From: an uncultured virus (IMG/VR IMGVR_UViG_3300020044_008989)
Taxonomy: Duplodnaviria > Heunggongvirae > Uroviricota > Caudoviricetes
Strand: one strand, 5' to 3'
Length of the DNA: 64,000 bases
IMG/VR virus record: IMGVR_UViG_3300020044_008989
Location: 64,001-128,000 of that record
The notes under the pieces were generated by a model. The model saw only the letters and a program-made list of their open reading frames with translations. It was not told where the DNA came from and did not search any database. Made by a program: the position numbers and the translations under genes. This document shows positions 37,143-45,406 of this stretch, one piece after another; position 1 is the first letter of the stretch, and each line of letters starts with the position of its first letter.

Positions 37143-37636
37143 TTTTTTAAAACTAATTCAATAAATTCCTCTGAGAAATATACATTACTCGGGATTTCTG
37201 GCTGATTATAGCAGGACCACATCTCAAATAGAGAATATCCATTTAGATTGCGTTCAATACCTTGTGCCACAAAGAATTTTAAATGTGGGCGACTTTTTGC
37301 GAAACTGTAGAATGCTTGGATTGAATCCTTTATTGTTTCTAGGGGAATCGAACGTTTAGCGCCCGCCCGCGTGACCGTGGGAATAGCGTAGGATTTTCCT
37401 TCTGTTCCAACTTGAGGGCCAACAGATGCGCCTTTGACGTTCCATTTACCTTTCCAGCCGTTAGGTTTTTTATCATACTCGTATTTGCGCCAAACATTTC
37501 CGAACTCACCAAAAGAGGCGTATCCAGCGCTACCAGCGCCATGAAACCCATTTTCGCTATTCGATCCAAATACGAACACCTCATCTTCTGCTAGGGTAAG
37601 TTTGGGGGATTTGTATGTTTTAATACTTTGGCTCAT
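37139..37636 (-). CDS. macro-like/A1-type phage protein (FVFGSN..G.HGAG.A family)
   Basis: EVFVFGSNSENGFHGAGSA, GKSYAIPTV, FYSFAKSRPHLKFFV. Confidence 0.7.
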   Translation of the reverse strand: MSQSIKTYKSPKLTLAEDEVFVFGSNSENGFHGAGSAGYASFGEFGNVWRKYEYDKKPNGWKGKWNVKGASVGPQVGTEGKSYAIPTVTRAGAKRSIPLETIKDSIQAFYSFAKSRPHLKFFVAQGIERNLNGYSLFEMWSCYNQPEIPSNVYFSEEFIELVLKK

Positions 37637-37865
37637 TCAGTTTTAGAAGTTCGGCGGCGATTCTTTTTCTTTCGTCATATGCCCCACATTTTCGCTCATA
37701 TTCACCATAATCTTGTAAGGCGACCCACCAAGCCTTTTTCCAATCGTCTAGCGATACTGTATCAGCGCCAGACCAATTACAGACCGCTCCTGCGTCTGCA
37801 CCGATTTGGTCAATTAATTGAGCGTAGATTTCTTTTACTTCTAGTTCAGTGTATGTTTTAGTCAT
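37620..37865 (-). CDS. hypothetical protein
   Basis: Packed ORF. Confidence 0.55.
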   Translation of the reverse strand: MTKTYTELEVKEIYAQLIDQIGADAGAVCNWSGADTVSLDDWKKAWWVALQDYGEYERKCGAYDERKRIAAELLKLNEPKY

Positions 37866-38003
37866 TTTTTAATCGCCGCGTTTAAAATTTTCTCGAATCT
37901 TTTTACTTCTTTAAGATACTTTTCTTCGGTCCATTCTTCGTTAAAAACCTTGATTGAGGCATTAACAGCAATGTTCCAGAGTTTTTGGGACAGCGTTGGG
38001 GTT

Positions 38004-38189
38004 TTAGTCATTCGCTAACTCCTTCATTCGGGGTAAAATTTTGTTCAACTCTTCTCCCAAGAAGGTTCGACAACAACTAATCTTGACGGGCGAAAATTCC
38101 CGACCGCTGTTGCTTTCCTCTTTCGTGTCCATGATTTCAAAGAATCGTTTGGTGAGGAGTTTTAGTTCATAGTTATGGGTTTTAGTCAT
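38004..38189 (-). CDS. hypothetical protein
   Basis: EESNSGREFSPVKISCCR motif. Confidence 0.55.
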   Translation of the reverse strand: MTKTHNYELKLLTKRFFEIMDTKEESNSGREFSPVKISCCRTFLGEELNKILPRMKELAND

Positions 38190-38529
38190 AAGATTAACAA
38201 ATAAAAACCCTCCAAAATGGACCACTATTATTTCTTGAAATATCGAACATCATCACTTCGGAAGCTAACTCATGTCTGCCGCTTTCGTTATAGCATTCAA
38301 CTAGAACATCGCCTACCTGTTCTTGTTTTTCTTGGAGTTTGGTTATTAGTTCTGAGATTTTCATGTTAGTCTTTCCATCCTATTTCTGTTAAGCCCCATT
38401 CGATCATTGATAGGGCCACTTTTTTATTCTTAGTTTGAGAACGTTCGCAGCCGACAATAACTTGCAAGGATGTGGTATTTGGGGAAATTTGGTATGTTGT
38501 CGATCATCGTGTAAATCAAGTTACGGTAC

Positions 38530-39423
38530 ATGGCTCAAACTTCTTTCATTTCATACAAGGATTCCCCGCTTTTTGTCTCTCCCAATGACGGAGCGCCAGA
38601 AACGGGCCTATCTCTGAGTCATTTAATTGCGGCAAGTTCTTGTGATTTGACATTTGACGCTTCTTTAGACCCTGCTAAGTATATTGGGAAGTCGGCAATC
38701 TCTGATGATTTTCATGTTAATGCAGCGAAGGCTACTAAGTTGGCGTTTTCGTATATTCCCCTTGTGGGCGGAGTAAAGAGCGGGATTTCCGCCGCGTCAA
38801 CAGGTATTTTCAATCTTACGGGCGATTCTTCTTGCTCTATTAGATTGGGCAACTTTCTTTTTCAACAGTGTTACTTGGATTCTCTGACCATTAGCATTAA
38901 TCCAAACCAACCAATCAGAGCCAATGCAAACTTCTCGTGCTACAATGAAAGCGGTGTTGAAGGTTTATCTTATTCTGGGCTTGGCGGCAGCTTTGGTTTT
39001 ACTACTGATACATCTAGTGGCACGGCTTTTTCCGCTCTCCATGCTTTGGCCTCCTCTGTGAGCGGGCAGTCAGTTTCTTTGCCAGAGAGTAAGACGGAGA
39101 TTTCTATTCAGACGACATGTTCGAGAACTCCTGTTTATGAAGTGGGGTCAACCTACCCAAGAACTGTTCTGCTGAATAGCGTAACGAGACAAACTTCGGT
39201 GAATGGAGAAAATGTGGGCGAAGTTATTTCGTATTCGGGGGGCAGCGCCGTTTTGAATTTAAAGTTGGCCGAGTTTGGTAAATTGATGGACCCGACATTT
39301 AATGCGGCGGTTGATTATCGTCTTCAAATGTCAATTACTGGCAGAGTAACGTCCCAGAATTTATCGGCACAAGTGGGTAGGACGGTTGATTCGGTAGTGC
39401 AAATTTCAGAAAACATCTTTTAG
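38530..39423 (+). CDS. tail-tube-like structural protein
   Basis: S/G/T-rich beta-type sequence; SRTPVYEVGSTYP resembles SRSPIQQIGSRFP of 57428..58582; GTGTAA at 38509. Confidence 0.55.
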   Translation: MAQTSFISYKDSPLFVSPNDGAPETGLSLSHLIAASSCDLTFDASLDPAKYIGKSAISDDFHVNAAKATKLAFSYIPLVGGVKSGISAASTGIFNLTGDSSCSIRLGNFLFQQCYLDSLTISINPNQPIRANANFSCYNESGVEGLSYSGLGGSFGFTTDTSSGTAFSALHALASSVSGQSVSLPESKTEISIQTTCSRTPVYEVGSTYPRTVLLNSVTRQTSVNGENVGEVISYSGGSAVLNLKLAEFGKLMDPTFNAAVDYRLQMSITGRVTSQNLSAQVGRTVDSVVQISENIF

Positions 39424-39448
39424 ATTTTCAGGTTATTATATAACACAC

Positions 39449-40204
39449 ATGGCTAAATCCCCTCCGTCCAAAAAGAAGGCTGCTGATAAATCCCCCAAGG
39501 TATTTCAACGAGATAAAATCTCCTACGACCTACATATCAGGGAACGAGACGATTTAACAAGCAAACAAGTTGATATTCTAAAAGCCGCTCTCGATAAGGA
39601 TACAAGGGCCGTTGCTGTGGACGGTTTATTTGGAAGCGGTAAGACTTATATCGCGGTTCTTGCTGCTCTTAAACTTCTTCAACAAAAGAAAGTCGATCAA
39701 ATCATTTATGTCCGCAACCCAATCGAAAGCACCAAGAGTGGTAAGGTGGGGTTTTTAAAGGGAGAACTTTCTGAGAAACTCGCGCCATATACTTGTATTG
39801 TTTACGACAAATTGGAAGAACTTCTTCCTCCGTCAGAAATCGAATTACTGAAAGAAGAAAACAGAGTGGATTCAACAAGCGTCGGGTTTGTTCAAGGCAA
39901 AAATTGGGCGTGCAAAGCCGTTATCGTAGATGAAAGTAGCAACCTCGCGTGGGAGGACTGTATTATGCTGCTTACGCGATGCGGTGAATTCACGAGAATC
40001 TTCTTCGTTGGCGACTCGGTAAATCAAAATTACTTAGCCAAAGATCAGTCTGGCTTCCGCAAAATGTTCGATAAGTTCAATGATCAAGAGTCTCGCGATA
40101 ACGGGTTCCACTGTTTCGAACTAAAGGAAGCGGCGGATATTGTTCGAAGTGGATTTGTTAGATTTGTGCTTGAAAAACTGGAGATTATTAAGAAACCTCT
40201 ATAA
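39449..40204 (+). CDS. phoH: PhoH-family ATPase
   Basis: GLFGSGKT, VGFLKGELSEKLAPY, IVDESSN, GDSVNQ, DIVRSGFV. Confidence 0.9.
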   Translation: MAKSPPSKKKAADKSPKVFQRDKISYDLHIRERDDLTSKQVDILKAALDKDTRAVAVDGLFGSGKTYIAVLAALKLLQQKKVDQIIYVRNPIESTKSGKVGFLKGELSEKLAPYTCIVYDKLEELLPPSEIELLKEENRVDSTSVGFVQGKNWACKAVIVDESSNLAWEDCIMLLTRCGEFTRIFFVGDSVNQNYLAKDQSGFRKMFDKFNDQESRDNGFHCFELKEAADIVRSGFVRFVLEKLEIIKKPL

Positions 40205-40265
40205 TTTCTTAGGAATTTTCCCTAATTAGTTACTTTTCACCACTCTCTGGTTGTAACATAAGAAT

Positions 40266-40934
40266 ATGGATCAACAGGTTGTGGCGGAATATTTTTTTCA
40301 GATACTCTCTGGAGCGGGGACGGTATTTCTTTTGCTTTTTAAATATCGAGAGACGATAGACTTTGCTTTTAGGGTGGCGAAACTTTTATGGAAGCCGTTT
40401 CATTGGATGGCGATGTTGATTAAGATGCCCTTTCGTTTAAACGAAGAAGCTATTGCGGCTAGGCATAGAATGGACCAAGTAGAGAAAACCTTGAACGAGT
40501 TAAGCAAGTTCGTTAAGAAAGAATTAACTTATAACGGCGGCTCTTCCACTCTTGACGCTATTCGCAGAATAGAAAATAGAATAATTGAACAAGAATATGC
40601 GCAAAATACTTTACTCTTAGATTCTGAAAGTGGATTTTTTAGAAGCGATTTGTCGGGGCGAAATAAATGGGTCAATAGAACCTTCGCTCGCTATTTGGGT
40701 TGCGGGACAAGTGAGATTCTTGGATTTGGTTGGAAGCGTTTTATCAAAACAGAAGAATTGCGCCGCTATAATGATGTTTGGCAGAATGCATTCAAGGACG
40801 GCTGTGAGTTCGAAGATGTGATCGAATTTACTGATGTAAATCATCATGCTGTAAGATTAAAGGTTTCGGCTTGTCCCATTATTGACGACAAGGGGCAAAT
40901 TCTCTCTTATGTTGGGACGGTGGTGGCTCTGTAG
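40266..40934 (+). CDS. membrane-anchored PAS-domain protein (possibly holin-like)
   Basis: N-terminal TM and coiled coil; C-terminal PAS pattern D..G...WVN.TF..YLG....EILG.GW..FI...PI.D..G....YVG. Confidence 0.75.
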   Translation: MDQQVVAEYFFQILSGAGTVFLLLFKYRETIDFAFRVAKLLWKPFHWMAMLIKMPFRLNEEAIAARHRMDQVEKTLNELSKFVKKELTYNGGSSTLDAIRRIENRIIEQEYAQNTLLLDSESGFFRSDLSGRNKWVNRTFARYLGCGTSEILGFGWKRFIKTEELRRYNDVWQNAFKDGCEFEDVIEFTDVNHHAVRLKVSACPIIDDKGQILSYVGTVVAL

Positions 40935-41018
40935 GTGTAAAGCGCGGCAAAGATTCGCTTATTTTATAGAAAAGGTAGAAAGTCTTTGGCTTTTCGTGTA
41001 ATATGATGTAGAAGAACG

Positions 41019-41222
41019 ATGAAACTTTCAGAATACGCTAAAAAACAAGGATGTACAAAACGGACTGCGTGGGCGCATTTCAAGAAAGGCTTGATCGAAG
41101 GAGCTTATCAGACGCCGAGTGGAAGGATAGTGGTCCCCGATTCGCCCGAAGTTAAGAATAAAAACGCCGTCGTCATACTTTTTTCTGGTAATATTGACGA
41201 ACTGATCGCAAAATTACAATGA
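41019..41222 (+). CDS. tnpA: IS607 TnpA remnant (HTH only)
   Basis: MKLSEYAKKQG...TAW..FKKG.I..AYQTPSGRIVV; serine-recombinase domain absent. Confidence 0.7.
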   Translation: MKLSEYAKKQGCTKRTAWAHFKKGLIEGAYQTPSGRIVVPDSPEVKNKNAVVILFSGNIDELIAKLQ

Positions 41223-42388
41223 TTCGCTCTGCGCCAACGTCTCTTAAATTTGCGAATACTGGCAAACGCCAGCAGGTCGCGAAGTTTTTGATTGAATATC
41301 GGCGTGTGCTAAAATTTTTCGTTGGCAAATTTTGGAACGAGGAAAAATTGCAAAAATTTGGAGACTCAAAATGCGAAAGCTGGCTTTCTGCTCGCGCCAA
41401 ACAATGTGCGGCAAAACAAGCAGTTGGAATCGTTCGCTCTGTTAAGAAAAAGCATTCGTCTCGCGCTTTTGTGATCAAGCGAATGAGGGGCGAAGGCGAC
41501 CATCTTAATGCGGATCGGTTGCAGGCGATTCAAGATGCTAGCGTTTTAACAATGCCAGAAATTACTAATGCCAATGCTGAACTTGACTCTCGCTTTTGTA
41601 AAATTAACGTAGAAACATCTGGGCATTTTGATATTTGGCTAAACCTTTCGTCTCTTGGTGAAAAGGCCAAAATTAACCTTCCTCTTCGTAAGACAAAGAC
41701 GTTCAACAAGTGGTCTAGCACTGGCGAAATTCGCTCAAGCATTCGCCTAAACGAAGGAGAAGTGACGTTTTTCTTTGAATATGAGACAGAAAAACGCTCT
41801 GGTTCAACGCTTGGCGTTGACATCGGCCTTAAGAAAACGTTTTCAACATCATCTGGTGCTCAAACTCAAATTGATGCCCATGGGCATTCTTTGCAAACAA
41901 TTTGCGAGAAGTTGACGCGCAAAAAGAAAGGTTCGAAAGCTTTTCGACGGGCACAGGAGCATCGTAAAAATTATATTCGCTGGTCCGTGAACCAGTTAAA
42001 CCTCTCTGGTGTGAGCGAAGTTCGCCTAGAGGATATTAAAAATTTACGCAAGGGTAAGGCGACCTCCGCTTTACTTTCGCGTTGGAACTACGCAGACATC
42101 TTTGGGGCGCTATCCCTGAAATGCGAGGAGCTTGGCGTCCAAGTAACTCGTGTTCAGAACGCCTATACAAGCCGAAGATGCAATGCGTGCGGTTGGACAG
42201 AGAAACGCAATAGAAAAGGCGAAACGTTTAAATGTCGAGAATGCGGGCATTCCGCAAACGCAGACATAAACGCCGCTAAGAACATTGCGCTAAACCTTTC
42301 TATTGAAAGGTGTCCAAACCTTGATCAGTTTTACTGGTCAAAACAGGAGTTTATAGTCCCTGTCGCAAGAAAAGCTGACGTAGAATAA
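41219..42388 (+). CDS. tnpB: TnpB RNA-guided nuclease
   Basis: RuvC-I LGVDIG, RuvC-II LEDIKNL, YTSRRCNACG/CRECG Zn finger, RuvC-III NADINAAKNI. Confidence 0.9.
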   Translation: MIRSAPTSLKFANTGKRQQVAKFLIEYRRVLKFFVGKFWNEEKLQKFGDSKCESWLSARAKQCAAKQAVGIVRSVKKKHSSRAFVIKRMRGEGDHLNADRLQAIQDASVLTMPEITNANAELDSRFCKINVETSGHFDIWLNLSSLGEKAKINLPLRKTKTFNKWSSTGEIRSSIRLNEGEVTFFFEYETEKRSGSTLGVDIGLKKTFSTSSGAQTQIDAHGHSLQTICEKLTRKKKGSKAFRRAQEHRKNYIRWSVNQLNLSGVSEVRLEDIKNLRKGKATSALLSRWNYADIFGALSLKCEELGVQVTRVQNAYTSRRCNACGWTEKRNRKGETFKCRECGHSANADINAAKNIALNLSIERCPNLDQFYWSKQEFIVPVARKADVE

Positions 42389-42448
42389 ATCTCTACACTT
42401 CTAGCAACTGTAATTAGGCGTTTTACAATTAATGCCTATTATATTTAT

Positions 42449-42745
42449 ATGACACAAAAATTTTGTTTCGAGTGCGGCGTAAAAGCCCCGTCTATTGCCG
42501 CTAAGTTTTGCACCTCCTGTGGTACATCGTTAGATGTTTTGGGCGCTAAAAAATCTTCGCCCGCAAAGAAAATTGTTGCCCGAGACATTGATGATGACGA
42601 CGAAGATGGGTCAGATACTTTCGAGATTCCCAGCTTATCAGCCTTGAAGGTAAAAATTGAAGGCGATGATGAGGTTGGATTTAACTCCTTTACTTTTGGG
42701 GCAGATGGTTTTCAGCCAGCAAAGTTCACTTCTACTCGCCGATAA
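42449..42745 (+). CDS. zinc-ribbon protein
   Basis: FCFECG...AKFCTSCG; acidic middle. Confidence 0.75.
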   Translation: MTQKFCFECGVKAPSIAAKFCTSCGTSLDVLGAKKSSPAKKIVARDIDDDDEDGSDTFEIPSLSALKVKIEGDDEVGFNSFTFGADGFQPAKFTSTRR

Positions 42746-43425
42746 TGCCTTCCACCTTCGAAGAAAATTACCAAGAAATTCTGGATGTGGTGAAAAAATA
42801 CCACACAAAATGGCGACTAGATATTCTCCATTGGATGGATTACGACGATGTTTCTTCTGAAGTGATAGCTCATATCTGGAAAAAGTGGCATCTCTACGAT
42901 CAGTCTCGCCCTCTAGGCGGATGGGTTGCCCAGGTTTGCCACAACCAAATCAGAAACAAACTCCGCAACCATTATACTAATTATGCTCGCCCGTGCATTA
43001 AGTGTCCCAGTAATTTAGAGGGCAACCACTGCGCCATTACCAGTAACCACGAACAATGTTCTGAGTGTCCATTATACGCACGCTGGATGGAGAGTAAGAA
43101 AAATGGCTACGACATTAAAATGCCCCTAGAGTTGGAAAACCATGTGGCCGAAGTAAATAACATGCCCTCAGACGAGGTAGATTATGACTTCGCTATTGAG
43201 AAGTTGACCGTTGAGCTAAACAAATACTTAGACGCTAAAACTTTGCGCGCATATTTTATGCTTAATTTCGAGCATAAGGACGAAAAAGAAGTGGCCGCTT
43301 ACCTCGGTTTTAAACCGCGCCTACAAAACAGTGTGGCAAAACAAATGTTAGAGTTCAAAAATAATTTATTGATTAAAGTCAGAACCGTGATTCGCGAGTC
43401 TGATATTCCTGAGATGTGGAGATAA
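42745..43425 (+). CDS. phage RNA polymerase sigma-like factor
   Basis: Region-2-like DDVSSEVIAHIWKKWHLYD..RPLGGWVAQVCHNQIRN; region-4-like EKEVAAYLGF; Cys-rich insert. Confidence 0.75.
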   Translation: MPSTFEENYQEILDVVKKYHTKWRLDILHWMDYDDVSSEVIAHIWKKWHLYDQSRPLGGWVAQVCHNQIRNKLRNHYTNYARPCIKCPSNLEGNHCAITSNHEQCSECPLYARWMESKKNGYDIKMPLELENHVAEVNNMPSDEVDYDFAIEKLTVELNKYLDAKTLRAYFMLNFEHKDEKEVAAYLGFKPRLQNSVAKQMLEFKNNLLIKVRTVIRESDIPEMWR

Positions 43426-43426
43426 C

Positions 43427-44482
43427 ATGAAACAACTTTCTACCGCTCAAAAAACCCTGATCCTCTCTTTGTTCAAGGATCACCCGAACATTGAGTATTT
43501 AACGCAGACTGTTTTCGAAGACAAAAAATTAGATGGCCGCTCATGGCAAGGAAAATTAGTTGCCGCGTTCCTCGTTGAACAAAAATTAAATTATAAAACC
43601 ACAAAGTTCCAAAAACGAGAACCAGTGCGCGAATTAACCGATGACGACAAGCAGTATATTATTTCTGCAATTCAGAACGGCGAAACAATTGTTAATGTGG
43701 CGCGGATTATTTTCAAAGATGACTCCGTTAAGCGTTTGTCGGCGGAATGGCGGCGCGTTCAGACTTATTGCGAGGTTGCTGGGTTAAGTTCGTTAAATGA
43801 TGAGGACGAGGTTGCATTAGGCGTCTATCAAGCTCCCAGAGACTTAATCAAGCTAGTCAACGTTGTTAACGGCGCACTTGGAACAAAAATTGAGGCTGAA
43901 AAAGTTTCTGGAAAGTATAAGGCGTATTTCGACAAGCTAAAAATCAACCTCGACAACTCCAAACTCAAGCGCATCCTCAATGCTTACGAGAGTAAGAAAG
44001 ACAGGGAGTTGTTTGTAGATGAGTTCGTTCGTCTTACGTTTGAAAAACCCGACTTGACGCCAGACGAGTTGAACCTTTACATGCAGATTGTGCGCGACGG
44101 GATTTCACTGGAGGTCTTGGAGAGCAAAATCAATAAAATGAACCAAATGTTCATGGACATTGAAGAAGCGAGCGAATTAAATCAGAGGTTTTCTGAGAAC
44201 TTAAAAGCTTGTGTTGATGAGAAGAATCAGGTGACTAAACGCATCGCCGATACCACGAAGAAGTTACAGGGTGATCGTGGGGAGAGGTTGAAGAATCAAG
44301 GTAGGGATGAGGTTTCATTCTTAAATATCGTTCAACTCGCGCAAGAAGAACTTGAGAGAAAGAACATGCTTAGACTTGCAGAACTCCAGAGAGCGGCGAT
44401 TTCCGAAGAAGCTGATAGGTTAGAGAATCTTGATGATTTTGTTTGTAGAATTATGGGCGTGTCAAAAGAGGAGGTAATTTAA
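43427..44482 (+). CDS. hypothetical protein (possible terminase small subunit)
   Basis: HTH-like and coiled-coil segments; lies upstream of terL. Confidence 0.45.
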   Translation: MKQLSTAQKTLILSLFKDHPNIEYLTQTVFEDKKLDGRSWQGKLVAAFLVEQKLNYKTTKFQKREPVRELTDDDKQYIISAIQNGETIVNVARIIFKDDSVKRLSAEWRRVQTYCEVAGLSSLNDEDEVALGVYQAPRDLIKLVNVVNGALGTKIEAEKVSGKYKAYFDKLKINLDNSKLKRILNAYESKKDRELFVDEFVRLTFEKPDLTPDELNLYMQIVRDGISLEVLESKINKMNQMFMDIEEASELNQRFSENLKACVDEKNQVTKRIADTTKKLQGDRGERLKNQGRDEVSFLNIVQLAQEELERKNMLRLAELQRAAISEEADRLENLDDFVCRIMGVSKEEVI

Positions 44483-45405
44483 TGCTTGTTTGTAAAGAAT
44501 GCGGAGAAAGTTTCTCTTCCGAACGAAGTTTGCACGCTCATTTCAAAGCCCATAAGTTAAGTGTTCCAGAGTATTACTGCAAATACTTTCCAAGAAAGGA
44601 TTTGCTCACTGGTGCTCCGTTAGAGTTTAAGCAGAAGGATGAATATTTTTCAACTTATTTTTCGGCGCGGGAAAATTTAATTAAGTGGTTGGACAAAACA
44701 CCTGTAGAGAAGAAAGCCTCTGTCATTCTTGATATGCTGGAAAAGAGAGTTAAAACAAAATCACTCTCTTTGGCCCCAAATGAGGTAGAATTGTATTTTG
44801 CGGGGTTGCCGCCTATTTCTGAGTATAAAAAATGTTTTGGCTCTTACTCTTCTGCTGCTAAATCTTGTGGAGTAGAGCCGATGTTTACGGGTAAGCTTCC
44901 TGACGAATGGAGCAATGATTTTTCGCGCAAAAAGATATATTGGGATTCTAGAGAGCAAAACCCACTGCGATTCGCGAATAGCGAATGTTTAAAACTTGAC
45001 ACGGGAGATTATTCCGTTGGCGGCGAAGATTTCTGCAATACTTTTGTTGATAGGAAATCCTTGGATGATTGGGCGGCGACCTTGGTTGGCGATAACTTCG
45101 AAAGATTTCGCCGAGAGATTGAGAGATGTAAGAAACAGGAGTGCTTCTTATGGGTGGTCATAGAGGCTCCCCTGGATGGGATAGAAAACGCCGCTGGACG
45201 CTCTTATCACAAGCATAATCTTTCCTATGTTTCTCATCAAATGAGAATTTTACAACACTCTTGTCCTACGAATCTACAATTTGTCTTCTCGGGTGGGCGC
45301 GAACAGAGTCAATTGATTATCCCCAAACTACTATGCTTGGGCAAGCAATGCTGGAATGTCGATATAAATTTCTGGCTCAAACAACAAACCAACACAAATT
45401 TTTAA
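44482..45405 (+). CDS. C2H2 Zn-finger + ERCC4-type nuclease
   Basis: CKEC...HFKAH; DSREQ, LDTGDYS, DRKSLDD, RFRREIER. Confidence 0.8.
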   Translation: MLVCKECGESFSSERSLHAHFKAHKLSVPEYYCKYFPRKDLLTGAPLEFKQKDEYFSTYFSARENLIKWLDKTPVEKKASVILDMLEKRVKTKSLSLAPNEVELYFAGLPPISEYKKCFGSYSSAAKSCGVEPMFTGKLPDEWSNDFSRKKIYWDSREQNPLRFANSECLKLDTGDYSVGGEDFCNTFVDRKSLDDWAATLVGDNFERFRREIERCKKQECFLWVVIEAPLDGIENAAGRSYHKHNLSYVSHQMRILQHSCPTNLQFVFSGGREQSQLIIPKLLCLGKQCWNVDINFWLKQQTNTNF

Positions 45406-45406
45406 A

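Larger units (their letters stand above)
40936..42413 (+). mobile_element. non-autonomous IS607-family element (truncated tnpA + tnpB); ends approximate
   Basis: MerR-like HTH ORF overlapping tnpB by ATGA; TGTAA at both putative ends. Confidence 0.65.

Noticed and set aside
41219-42388. Cas12f/CRISPR effector
   Set aside because: No repeat-spacer array nearby; the upstream IS607-like HTH points to TnpB.
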